Both the position numbers and the translations under genes were made by a program. Source: Camelus dromedarius (lineage: Eukaryota). From it: a stretch of DNA of 64,000 nucleotides. A model generated the notes under the pieces. That model searched no databases. It saw only the letters and a list, made by a program, of their open reading frames with translations, and was not told where the DNA came from. Shown here in pieces: positions 39,141 through 52,799 of this stretch (within the stretch, counting starts at the first letter, position 1; each line of letters begins with the position of its first letter). The stretch is from positions 3,906,001 through 3,970,000 of the forward strand of contig NC_087437.1 of assembly GCF_036321535.1 (NCBI RefSeq), written 5' to 3'.

Positions 39141-39867
39141 TCACGGAGCCCTTTGCAACTTGTTAGAGTTTTGTCATTTGTGATTCAGTGAAATGCTCTG
39201 CCCTTGGGGAATGTAGGTACTTTATTTTTTCCTTGCTTGGAGATTGTGTCAGTGCAAAAGGAAGGTTGTCTCCTTCCCTCCCTGAACTTAAAGCCACACT
39301 TCTTAGCTCTTCTCATTTTACAGTCGTGTTTGTTCACCAGTGTCCTTTATTTATCTCTTTCTAGAATGTAAGCTTCATGAGGCAGGGATTTTATCTGTTT
39401 ATGCTCTGCTAGAGTCTAGTGTGTAATGCACCCACCTAGTAACTTACTGTTTAATGGTGAATAAACAAGTTGGCAGATATGACTGCTCAGTAGTTCTTAT
39501 GGACTTAATGTCTATAAATCCATACTTAAAAGAAATCACTATATTTCTTATGGATTTTAATTTTTGTATCTCTAAATATATATGTGTATATACAACATAA
39601 TATGGAATATATTCATTTTAAATTATAGAACTAGGAGGTAATTTTATTTAAGTTTTTTTAAGGAGGAGAAAAATTGAATAGGCCTTTTTTGACTCTATGC
39701 TTTCAGAGGTTGGTGATTAGGCAGCAGACATTTTTCCCATCTTGCCTGATCGTAGTTGTGTGTTGCATTAAACATTTTAATTCAGTTTACTTTGAGTTTT
39801 GCATTTTGAGTTTTATGAATTCTCAGTTCTTCATTTGTATTAATGATATCTTGCGTGTCATTTTTAA

Positions 39868-40110
<243 letters not shown>

Positions 40111-40230
40111 TGAATTTGGGACAAAGCAATAAAGCCCCATAGGCTGATATAGACAGCCTGTTGTTTTTACTTTATTGGGCAGAAATGTACAATTTTTCCC
40201 CCTTCTTAGGCATAGAGCTCATTTGACTTA

Positions 40231-40234
<4 letters not shown>

Positions 40235-40261
<27 letters not shown>

Positions 40262-40277
40262 CCACACCCACACACAC
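40235..40277. repeat. (CA)n microsatellite
   Basis: Visible directly. Confidence 0.95.
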
Positions 40278-41186
40278 CCCTTCCCATTATAATCGTTAGG
40301 TCTGCTTTGGACAGATTTGGAGGGAGGTCAGGAGATGCCTGGGGGTTAGAGAGGTTGTCCAGGGTGGAGCTTGCTAGTGAGACATGAAGAGGATGTGTAT
40401 CTAAAACGAGGAGACAGGAGGCACCAACTTGAATGTAATACAGCAGTGAAGGGCGTTTCCTGCAGAGGCAGCCAGCTCTGTGTACCTCCCTTGACCCCAA
40501 GGGCAGCCTGGAAGGGGAAACTTAGAATCACAAGTTAGTAAAGCAGAACAGATGTGCAGAGGTGTGTGGGAGGTCCCATATCCCCACATCACTGTTAAGG
40601 GGAACCTTTTTAAAGTCAGACAGTATAGTCAGTCAGCGTCCTGAGGAGGACGCTGAGTCATGGGAAGGGTATGTTATATTTAGAATATTCTTTAGTAAGG
40701 TAGGGAAACGTGCATTTTGATTCCTCTTACCAGTGGCAAATGTTAAAAAGTAAGATGCTTCTGAGGATGCCCTTTTAGCTCAGGCTCAGTGAAGGGGACA
40801 TGGATTAGGAGTTGGCACACCTGGCTGTCCGGGTGTGGCACTCACTTGTCATGGTGTGCTGGCTAAGGAACTGTATGAATTTGGGCCCACTTTTTCTTAA
40901 CTGTGACAGGAGTGAATTTGACTGATTTTAAGGCTTTATCCTCTTCTTCGTGTCTGGGCCATCTGAGTACACAAGTATGTGGCTTCCTGCTGCCTTCTAG
41001 GACAATAGCAGAGTCACCTGTCACTCTGCAGTCAGGGTCTGGACATAGCTTGAAAGGAGAAGATCGAAAAGGTTCAGAATTGCCTCAGAAATCCTTTAAG
41101 TCATGTGTAAGTTGCCCTTGTAGCTTTCATCTGGTTTAATTTCCTGTTCTCAAATCAAGTTTTTACTGTTTCCCTCCTTGGTGTAG

Positions 41187-41792
<606 letters not shown>

Positions 41793-42828
41793 TAACCACT
41801 AGGATCACTGACGGTAGTGACCATAATACTTCTTGTTTCCCTGATAACTTTGAAAATTCCGAGAGTGAACTTTGGTACTGAAAATGTCTGTGTACATTTC
41901 AATACTATTTACAGCTAACCTGCTCTTGGGACTCAAGCTTTGTATTGAAAAGCAAGTTTTTTTTGTGATCAGAATTACTAAGTAGAAAGTATATAATACA
42001 GAATCTTATGGTTTTACTGGGAATATTATATTTAATTTGGAGTAAGACTAATGTTTACAAGTACATACTTCTGATCTAGTGTCTTGAGGCCTTTACAGAG
42101 TTTATAGAGTTTCTCTGAACAAATAGAATCATTTGACTATTAGGCTATAACAGTCTATTGCTGTTGAAAGAGGTTAATTTTGTTGGGTAATTTGCTGTCG
42201 AAAGAATTTAGCCTCTAAGTGACTGAATTTTAAGGTCCTTTCAGTTACTATAATGCTTAGGATGTGTGGCTTCTTTGTGATGTGGTGTGTGTGTTATAAA
42301 CACACCTACCTGTTTTATTTGTAATTCTCATAAAACCAGGTGATGACAGATTCATGTGTTTAGCTCCCCAAATTAATTCCAAATGCTAGTTTCTGCATGG
42401 AAAATATCACTGAAACATTTGCATAATTCCTCAGTTTATTTCTAAAATGTAATCTGATGGAAATCAGGCATTCTGTTTTGACGTCTTTGTAAGTAGTACA
42501 CAACATATGTGTGGTGATGAAATTGTCACTTTTTTGAAAGATGCTTAGTTCATTATTTTATGATTTGCTTGTCATTATTTTAGTGGAACGTGAAAAATGG
42601 TCTTTGAACTCTGCCTTTATGGCTAGGCACATGCACAGAGTGATTGGTGGTGCTTTTTTTTTTTTTTTTTAAATACATGTATTTATCCATCTGCTTATTT
42701 ATTTATGGTTTCCATAATTGTATAGGTGTAAATTTCAAGCTTAGAAAATTCAGAGTTTCTTTCAAGACATATCCAGGTTTATCAGTTGTAACAAAGTGTA
42801 TTTACAGTTCATTTGGCAAATAGAGACA

Positions 42829-43015
42829 CAGCTGACCCTTGAACAGTGCCAGGGTTGGGGCGCTGACCCTCCAAGCATTCGAAAATCCCCACATAATTCA
42901 TAGTTGACCCTCTGTATTCGTGGTTCCACGTCTCTGGATTCAGCCAGCCATGGATTGTGTGATACTGTGGTATTTACTATTGAAAAAGATCCCAGTGCTG
43001 TTCAAGGGTCAGCTG
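42829..43015. mobile_element. MER8/Tigger2-family MITE (TcMar)
   Basis: Perfect 18-bp TIRs CAGCTGACCCTTGAACAG; TA on the right flank, CA on the left. Confidence 0.9.
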
Positions 43016-43628
43016 TAATTGAACTGGATAAAATTAAGTAAAAAGAAAAGTCATAATTCTTAAAAATAAACTGTATTCTTTAGACTGTTATGACCTGCTT
43101 TTGGCCCAGTGCATCTTAGTCTTTTCTCAGTTGTGTTAAGCAGGTAAGGCTCTGATACATAGGTGCACTGTTAACACATTTACATTCAATTACCAATAGT
43201 CACAGCATAAAAATTATAGCTGCTGTTTACTGAAAGATCTGCTGGGTGTAAGGCATCTACTGCTCAGGGTTGCAAGGGTTAGCTACAAAACTTATGTAGA
43301 TTCTGAAGTAGGTTTTAGATTTTAAGTTTTAAAATCGTGTCTCTTACAATTGACACTTGCAACAACCTTGAGCAGCAGATATTATAGTACCTTTGTTTTA
43401 CAGGTGAGGAAATTGGGAATGGAAGAGGCTAAATAACACAACCAAAGTGTATCTGGGATAATTTTTCTCAGTTCTTGGAGCTGCTGGTCTAGACCTTGAT
43501 TTTGAAGCAACCCTGCTTTTATTTGGTCTGCTGGATCTTGATAAAGAGTCCCTGGTAACCCAGGGTCAGTGCTGGGACCTTGCAGTGTCCCTTTATCATG
43601 GTTGAGTGCATAATAAAGCTGCTGTTTT

Positions 43629-43827
43629 AAAAAAAACTTTTTTTTATTCCAATATAATGCAATCTTCTTGAAATTAAAGTATAGTTGACTTACAATGTTG
43701 TGTTAGTGTCTAGTGTACAGCATAGTGATTCAGCTATACATGTTTATGTTCTTTTTCATGTTCCTTTCCTTTATAGTTTATAACAAGGTAGTGAATATAG
43801 TTCCTTGTACAGTAGGACCTTGTTGCT
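43629..43827 (-). mobile_element. 5'-truncated cetartiodactyl L1 3' end
   Basis: TSD TAAAGCTGC(tg/ct)TTTT starting at 43614 and 43828; aagtatagttgacttacaatgttgtg. Confidence 0.85.
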
Positions 43828-44999
43828 TAAAGCTGCCTTTTTAAGTAGAGTCAGAAGTCTGTTTGAACTTGTATGGTTAAATGTAATTAAACCACACATG
43901 TCAGTAATTATAAAAGTTTAAAGTCAATTAAAAATTTCTTTTATAGTATTTTTAACTCAAAGATGCTGGCATAGACTTGTATCTTGCATGAAGTGACAAG
44001 TGTGTTGTGGTTTATATACTTAAATGTGGAAATAAGCGTAGATTACTCAGACTTGAGAGGTGCCCAGGAACGTAGGAGACTTTTCCTAATAAAGATGTGT
44101 TCATTACAGTGGGCTGTTCACCTAGAACTGTCAGCATGGTCCAGAATTCTCCTGTCTGTAGGGTGAGCAGGCATTACAGAGTATCAGTATCTTGCCTACT
44201 GAGAGGTAAATTTTTGCCCTATTCAGAACAGTGTTGAACCTGGCAGGGCTGGGCTCAGGGCTCCAAGGTGAAAGGAATCACTGCATTTGATAGACTCAGA
44301 AATCTCAGCTACTGTGAGATGCACACTGTGAGTTTCAGAGTTGAGAAAAAGTGAGTCTTAGAGTCAGTGAAATAAGGTGGTTTACATTCAGTGCCCTTCA
44401 CTGCTGAGGTGGAGGAGGGCCGTCTCTGGCTGGTGTAGTCCTACGTTAAGAAGCACGGGAGTAGGAGGATGGAGTTGCAGGAATAAATGAAAATGGGAGG
44501 AAGAGGAAAGTGTAAGCAAAGAGCAGATGTAATTCACAGCAAGTGTGACAGCAAAAATCGCCAAGTCGGTATTTTCACAGCGGCGAGGAGTATGAGGTAG
44601 TCTCGACAGATGATCAGAGAGGAAGGAGGAAAGCCAGACCCCCGCGGGACTGTGGCGAGCGGTCTCACTTTGGTTCATTCAGAACTTCAGTGTCCCTTGT
44701 AGAGCCGTCTAGTGATGGCTGATTCACTTTGGTAGTGGCTCTCTGAGGTGGTTTGTGGGAGGAAACCGAGACACGGGTGGGCTAGGCAGCCAGCTCGTGA
44801 GTGTCATGGTTAGGACTTGAGCCAGGGCCTGTGTGATTCCAAAACCCAGCTCGATCTGTTATTTTAATGTGAAACTGTTTCTCTGCTAGCCTGCTTGCCT
44901 GTTTCTCACCTGTTAGGTACTGTTTAAAGGTTAGGTCTCTACTGTTGAAAAGATTAGGCGTTTTTTGCCTCAGTAGATTTGAGTGCTATGTTTTGTGTT

Positions 45000-45265
45000 A
45001 TTTTTGTATTTTTTCCAGTGTTATTGAGGTATAATTGACACACATCACTGTGTAATTTTAAGATGTAGAGAATAAGGTTTGACTTACGTATACCGTGAAG
45101 TGATTATCAAAGTAAGTAGTTAGCATCTGTCATTTCGTATAGATATAATGAAAAAACAAAGAAAAAAGAAAAAAAATGTTTTCCCTTGTGGTGAACCTCT
45201 TAGGATTTACTCTAACAACTCTGATGCGTACCATACAGCAATGTTAACTATAGTTACCTTGTACT
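45000..45265 (-). mobile_element. L1MA9-like 3' terminal fragment
   Basis: ttattgaggtataattgacacacatcactgtg...ggatttactctaacaact...ttaactatagttacc. Confidence 0.8.
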
Positions 45266-45443
45266 TTTCTATATTTTTAAAAGAAGCTTATGTTTTATTC
45301 TTAAAACTGGTAGTTTGGGGATAGTTGTGGATTATGAGATTAGTCACTAGAAGTCTGATTAGGTTAAGTGCTAAACGGATGAGTCCCACTTTTCTTTAGT
45401 TTTTGGTGATTGTGTATAAATACTTAGGAAAGAAAAGTTATAA

Positions 45444-45683
<240 letters not shown>

Positions 45684-47129
45684 TGAACTTGTAGCACGCT
45701 GTCATTTATAGTTTTGATGTGCAGTGACAGAGTACCAGACACACAGTGGGAGGGATTCTGTTGTCTGACTGTGCTCTGTTCTCATACACTGCTGTCTAGC
45801 CAGGGAACGATCAACTTGTTGCCACAGATTCTAAGCTTAGTTTTTCAGCCAGGATTGATTTGTATCAACAGCAAAACTAGCCAAATTATCTAATTCTTAT
45901 AAAAGAAAAAAAAAATTGGAAACATCATACTAAAGAATTGAACCCTTTCTCTTTATGTGAGTATATTCTGAGTATCCTCCATCATCAACTGTTTTATTTC
46001 ATACTGTCTATGATTTTTTTAAATCAAAACTCACACCTTTTACTGTAAAGGAGCAGATATGGTGGTAAACTCTGAGGTCACAGTCCTGGCCTCAAGTGGC
46101 TTTACGTCCACACAGCTTTCAACAGGCTTTTAGTTAATGTTTATTGTGTAAGAGATTTAGAAGTAAAATAATATACCTAGATCTATTCTAAGATGTTTCT
46201 ACTTCAGAAAAACTAGAGAAATCTAGTTTTCAGATTTTTATGCTATAGACAACTGTGGTGTCTGGTAACTTGTTCTAATGGATCATTTTATAACAGTAGA
46301 TATTATCTTGAGTTGAAGACAGTGGAATAATTTTAGACTTAGAGAAGGATGTATCAGAAAGGAAATCCTTGCTTTTTTTCATGGAATTACTTAGAAAATG
46401 GTGCTGTCTTACTTTCTGTAACTAATTAGACCTTTTTAAATAGTGAAGTTGGGCATTAAAACTTTTGGGGCATTAATATGAAGTTTTTCTTAATGTGAAG
46501 GTAGAGTTTTTCCTATCAGACCACCTTTTCCCTTGGCAGTGGCTGCACCAGGTGTGGTGTCTGCCCTCAGTTAGTCAACAGATAATTATTAAAGACAAGC
46601 TTCGCATCAAGCAATTATGTCCTGCTGTAAGCACTAGAGATACAGTGGTAAACAGGACAGAGGAGGTCCCTGCTCTTGAGCTTATGCTTTAGTAAGGGAA
46701 AGACAGACAACTTAGTCCATAAACAAAGGGAAAGGGGGGAGTGGGTAGGCAGTAAGGTCAGAGAAGAAGGCAGTGGCCAGGTCACGGACAGCCTTGACAG
46801 GACTTGCAGTGTGTTTCCTGGCTTTCTAAAATGTAATTAACCAGCCTTTAAAAGCGCGTTCTAAAAGGACTGCCCTATACCATCAGATTATATCCTGATC
46901 CAGTCCAGTGTTTTCAAGTCCTGGTCTAAGTTGCTCTTACTGGGGCAGTATCATCTCCCTCTTGGTGCTTCCCCATAGTTTTTCTTTGAACTTCGTAAAT
47001 AGAGCTCTTAACCAGGGAGAGAGTAACTACGCTTGTGGCATCTGCTTACTAGAATGTTTTTCAGTCTGTATTTCAATTTCCTGACTGTCCTTCAGAGCTT
47101 TGAGTAGTGGAAAAACTTAGTGATTGTAG

Positions 47130-47480
<351 letters not shown>

Positions 47481-49127
47481 TAAATTTCTCTTTAAGATTA
47501 TGAATTATCTTCCCAAACAGATACTTCCAGGCAATCTGAAAGGTGACAGTACTACCAGATTTCATTAATGAAATGAGTTCCTGGTATTTCTGTCTATCTT
47601 CGTGCTGCTTTTGGATGATGGAAGTATCTTAGCTGATCAAGGGGCTGGTTAATAAAACATGCGTCCGTATGAAGCGGGTACCGTGTGGTCATTAAAAAGT
47701 ATGTTTTAAAAGAGTATTTAATGACCTGGGAGAGTACCTTGAAATATTATTGAAGTAACTGAAGTGGGTTGTAAGTTTACTCAGTGTGTAAAGGTAACAG
47801 TAACAAATCATATATTTATTAAAAAGGTTAAATATACTAAGATGTGAAGAGTGATTATTTCTTTAATATTTTCCATATTTGTCAAATTTTATAGTAAACA
47901 TACCACTTTTACAATCAGAAAATAAAGTATAACTATGATTGAAAATCAGTCTAATTAGAAAGAAGTAAAGCTTACAGACTTTACTTTGTGTAAACTGAAA
48001 ATCTTAAAAATTAATCAGCTTTTCCCCCACTTTTTTCAAAATGGTGCTGTTCCTCATTTTCAGATTTATCTAAAGAAGAGAGAGATCTTGTATTTTATCT
48101 GCATAAGTCCTGTTACATTTAAATTCACAGAAAGAAATGGACTTTATTTTGAATAGTCATGTTTGACATAGGATTTAATCTTTTTCTCTTTGGAGTAATA
48201 ACTGATTCCTTTCCACCTGATTGTACTGACTTTTTCAAATTTAGGTTGAGTCATTTATGAAATACTCTGTGCTAAAGCCGTATTATTACAGTTACCCAGG
48301 AACCCTCTTACGTCATTTTGTACATGATTGTATAGCTTGTCTGTAACTCAAAAAACTGTGCTACACATTAGGAAGCTTCACGGGTATCCAGACTTTCTTG
48401 TGTAGTAGCAGAAGGCTGTAGGGTTTAACTTTTGGTTCCCAATAATCTGGGAAGTTAACTGCTGAAAGGTTTGCTGTTGGATGCTTTCTTATAAAAATAA
48501 AAAAAGAAAAGAAACTTATGGCAACAGTGTTCCTAATTCTGCAAATACTATCACATAATGTTTTGGAGAAAAGAGTACTTTTCCACTTCTGAGAAGCTTT
48601 GAAATTGTCTGCTGTTCTCGCTTTGTTATAACTGGAGATTACTGTACCTCCTCTTTTCAGACATCTTTGGTTTGCTTTTTATTTTTGCATCAGTTTATTG
48701 ATTCATCTCAGCCTTCCATCCCAGACTCCATCTAACTTGGTTCCTAAATACAGTATGCTTTGTTTCTCACATCTTTCTGTCTTTCTTGGGCTCTTGTTTC
48801 AATAATCTGATTTTTATTTCTTTTGCAAAGGTGGCTCTTGGAACTTCCTCCATCTATTGGTCAGTTCATATGTATTTTGAAACATGGCCTTTTTTTTTCA
48901 TTTTAAAATAATTTTCATTGATTTTTTTGTCTGTTTATAAAAGTAATACATACTTGCTGTAGAAAATTTGGAAAATTTGGAAACCAGGAAGGAGACAAAT
49001 CCCCTCCAGGCCTCCAGCCTGGGTACAGCCTCTGCTAATGTTCGGGTTTTCTTCCCGTGGGTCCCCCCTTCCTGCTCTTCCTGTCCCGTCCTCCCATCTG
49101 CCGTCTGTGCTGGGGGCCTTGCGGGCA

Positions 49128-49350
49128 CTGGTTAAGAGCAGGCACTCTTGGCTCCAGACTGGTGGGTTCAGGTTCTGGGTCTGTCACCTGCTGGCTTGGT
49201 TCTAGAGGAAATCATTTAATCTTCTCTATGCCTTAGCTGTCTGTGAAATCGGAATAATAATAATACCTAACTCACTGGTTATTGTGAAGGTAAAATGAAT
49301 TAACAGATGATAGTGCCTGGCATGTAAGTTCTATGTATGGAATATATTAC
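49128..49350 (+). mobile_element. MIR
   Basis: tggttaagagcaggcactc...ctatgccttagctgtctgtgaaatcggaataataataataccta...agtgcctggcatgtaag. Confidence 0.8.
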
Positions 49351-49509
49351 TTCTTAGTCTTATTACTTTTAAACCTTTTTCTAGTAACATACGTATATTG
49401 TAAGCATTTTCTCATGTCATTAAAAATCCTTTGAAACCATAGTTTAATGGATAGAAGTATTCTATTATGTAGTTTTACCAAAATTATTCAGGTCTTCTTT
49501 TGAATATTT

Positions 49510-49639
49510 ATTTGTTTATTTGGGAGGAGGTAACTAGGTTTATTTATTTACTTATTTTTTTAAGTGGAGATACTGGGGATTGAACCCAGGACCTTGTGCA
49601 TGCTAGGCAGGCACTCTACCACTGAGCTATCCCCTCCTC
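49510..49639 (-). mobile_element. vic-1-like camelid SINE
   Basis: 13-bp TSD CTTTTGAATATTT at 49497-49509 and 49640-49652; reverse tRNA-Ala head. Confidence 0.92.
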
Positions 49640-52300
49640 CTTTTGAATATTTTAATTACTTTTTGTCTATCATATATTATACAGATAATCATTTACATAA
49701 GTATTTGCTTCTGATTATTTTCTCAGGCTAGAAGTCTGAAATGTTAACTACTGAGTTAAAGAATATGCATATTTTTTAAAAATTGACACATTTGATAAGG
49801 TTTTCAGAAAGATCATGTCGTTGTCTACTCTGATCAGCACTGTTTGACAGCACCACACAGCCTTCTGGCGTGGACTAGGCTTCACTTAGTCTTTGCCTGG
49901 TGGTAGGTTAAAGTGATAACTTGTTTTCGTATATATTTATTTGCTTATCAGTGAAGGTGAAAAACTTTCTCTTGTTGATTACTCATTCATGTTTCCTACT
50001 CTGATTTTTTAATGTATTATTTTGGCCCCTTTTTTGATCGTGTTAAGCTTTTCTTGTTGATTTTTTAAAGCCTTTTATATATAACATGAAAAACAATAGC
50101 TTTTTATTATTTTTATGGCAACTGCTTCTCTCAAATAACTTGATTATTATTTGTATGTCTTTTAAAATAATTTTAGTGTTGTCAATTTATTTGATCTTTT
50201 CCTTTGTGATTTTTTTTCTTTTAATTTTGTGCTTAAATTTTTTTCCCATTCCAGAATTAGGTTTATAATATTCTGGGTACATGTCATTTTTGTTTGTTTG
50301 TTTTTACATAAAAATAGGAACTGTGTAATTGATCTTTATTTTAGGCTGTGGTATGAGGTGAAATATAAATTTTTCTTGGAAATATAATCAGTTTTCCCAG
50401 TATTAAATTACTAAACATTTCATTTATTTTTTCCATTGATTTATGAAGCCTCTATTATCATCTGTTGCATGCATGTCTTTTAGGGTCAGTTTTCTTGGTA
50501 TCCTGTATCCTATTCCATTGATTTTTCATTTCTATATGCAGTACTGTATTTTTATAGCTATATTGTATTTTAATTATTGGATATTTATAAGCAACTTTAG
50601 TATCCGGTAGGATAAGCTTCCGAGATGTCAGTCTTCTTTTGCAAAATATTTTGAACTATTTTAGCTCATTATACATTTCAGTTTATAAAGTTTCTAAATA
50701 TAATCCACTGGAATTTTAAATAGCATTTTTCTTTTTATTACAAAAAATTCTAAAATTATTTTTCAGATAAGGGGAAATACGCTTTTGCACATTCAAAATT
50801 TATGAAGTAATGTATGAAAGACAATAGTTGCACTTTCCAGAGGTACCTACTCTGGTTTTTGATTTTGGTTTGATATCTTCAGGTGATTTTTGCCATATCT
50901 CTAAACAGTATTTTCATATGACTATTTTTAGGATTATCAGATAAGTTTTATACTTTATCCCTTGACTTTTTTCTGTGCCAGATGAAGATTTAACTCACTC
51001 ATACCATCTCCCTTTCCTTCCCTTCCCTGTTTTGAGTTGTAGATCACTATATTCACAGTGCTTCAGTTTTTAGTTTGTGTTTTTGTAACTTTAAATAATT
51101 AAACCTGTTTCTTACTGATCTACTTCGAATTCAGACTCTAAGGAATTTAATGCCTCTCTCTCTCTTTCTCTCTCTCTTCTCTCTCTTCTCTTTCTCTACT
51201 TTTGTTGGTTGATAATTCAACTAATTGTTAGTTGACAGTTCCACTTACATTTGCATTTTCATAGTTGATAATACTTACATTTTGTTCTGTAATCGTAGTA
51301 AAGTCTTTTGTGCTTCGTATAGACTGATTCTGAAAATTCAGAACAATTTACATGACTACGAATGGGTGCATTTTATTGACTTTAGAGCCAAGTAGTGCAC
51401 TGTATATTTGCTTCACCCTAGTTCTAATGCCATGACTCCTTTTTCACTTGATGAGAATGTTTATAGCAACATGGCCAATGAATTCTTTCTATCCTATGCA
51501 AATTACTAAATACATAGCATGTTTTAATTTCATTTTTATACCATGACTTTCTTGAACAATTTATTTGTCCTAGAGTTGCAGCTTTCTTTGTTTTCCTTTT
51601 AGAGAGAAAAGTATTATATCTTCTTCAACTTACCTATGATAATCTAGCTTCTTTCTTACCAGTTTTGTCTATTCTTTTAATCTGTTCCATTTTTCTTCTT
51701 GGTAACATATTGACGTTTATTGGCTTTTAGTTCTTATTTGGGCTGATTGATCTCTGGGTCTTTACTAGCTGTATCCTTTTCTTCCCCTTGAATTCCTGGT
51801 TGTATCTGCCATTTTGTGCATTCTACATTTTCTTTATTTTGCTAAAGTACGTCCTTAAGAAATTTTTTTGGAAATCTTTGTTTAGGAGGTAAACCTGTAT
51901 AGTCCTTGCGTGTCTCAAAATGACTTACTTTTGTTTTCTTATTTTATTGACAGTTGTGATAAAAACTTTCTTCCATAACTATGAAGGGCTTCCCTGTTGT
52001 TCTCTGGCCTCCATTGTTGCTGAGGTTCATTTCATGCCAGTCTGATTCTCCTTCCTTTTTGGGGGGATCTGTATTTTTCTTTCAGTTCACAGGATTTTTT
52101 CCCCCTTGGTGTTCCAGAATTTCTTGATGATTCGGTTTGGTGTGGGTCTTTTTCCTTTACTGTTCTGGGTAGGAAGTGCAGTGTACCCTCCTGGATTGTC
52201 ACTCAATATATCTGGCATTTGATTAACTTTATTGTTTGACTTAACAGCATTTGCACTTGGAGGTATGGAATAATCACCTAATGGTGCTCCTCTGTTCCAG

Positions 52301-52474
52301 GTGTTGCTGCCTACGTTGGCTGGCAGAGCTCCTCGATCCTCAAACCCCTGCTGCAGCAAGGGCTCAGTGACGCCGAGGAGTTTGTTATTGTGAAAGCTCT
52401 GAATGCCCTTACCTGTATGTGCCAGTTAGGGCTGCTTCAGAAACCCCATGTCTATGAATTTGCCAGTGATATTG
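52301..52474 (+). CDS. PIK3R4: PIK3R4 exon 7 (absent from the ORF track)
   Basis: gttccAG|GT GTT GCT; hand-translated (G)[57 protein letters not shown]; donor TTG|GTAAGT; 174 nt, cumulative 1981. Confidence 0.97.
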
Positions 52475-52752
52475 GTAAGTTTCTGGTTCTCAAAATTAGG
52501 ATGGGAAAACTTGGAAAGTGGTAAGGGAAATAATAGCTGCTAGGGCATTGTAAAATTTCTAGGCCATCAAGAGTCAGATTTTCAACTGTGCTGTCCCTGG
52601 TGTGTGTGTGTGTGTGCATGTGCGCGTGCACTCACCCGTGTGCGTGCCTGTGCATGCGTGCTTTATCCATGAGAGTGACACAGGCAGACAAGGGCACTGG
52701 CCCTCAAGCCCTGTTTGGGAAATAGATCTTTGTTTTAATCTGTAGTCATGTC

Positions 52753-52799
52753 TTGGTGATTCTTGAAAAATGGTGATTCTTGAAAAATTCTTGAAAAAT
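52753..52799. repeat. Short tandem duplication of TGGTGATTCTTGAAAAA (~2.7 copies)
   Basis: Visible directly. Confidence 0.85.

Larger units (their letters stand above)
48895..52170 (-). mobile_element. Highly decayed L1ME/HAL1-like fragments filling much of intron 6
   Basis: T-rich antisense L1 signatures (ggtatgaggtgaaatataaattt, tattccattgattt, tctctggcctccattgttgctgagg). Confidence 0.55.
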
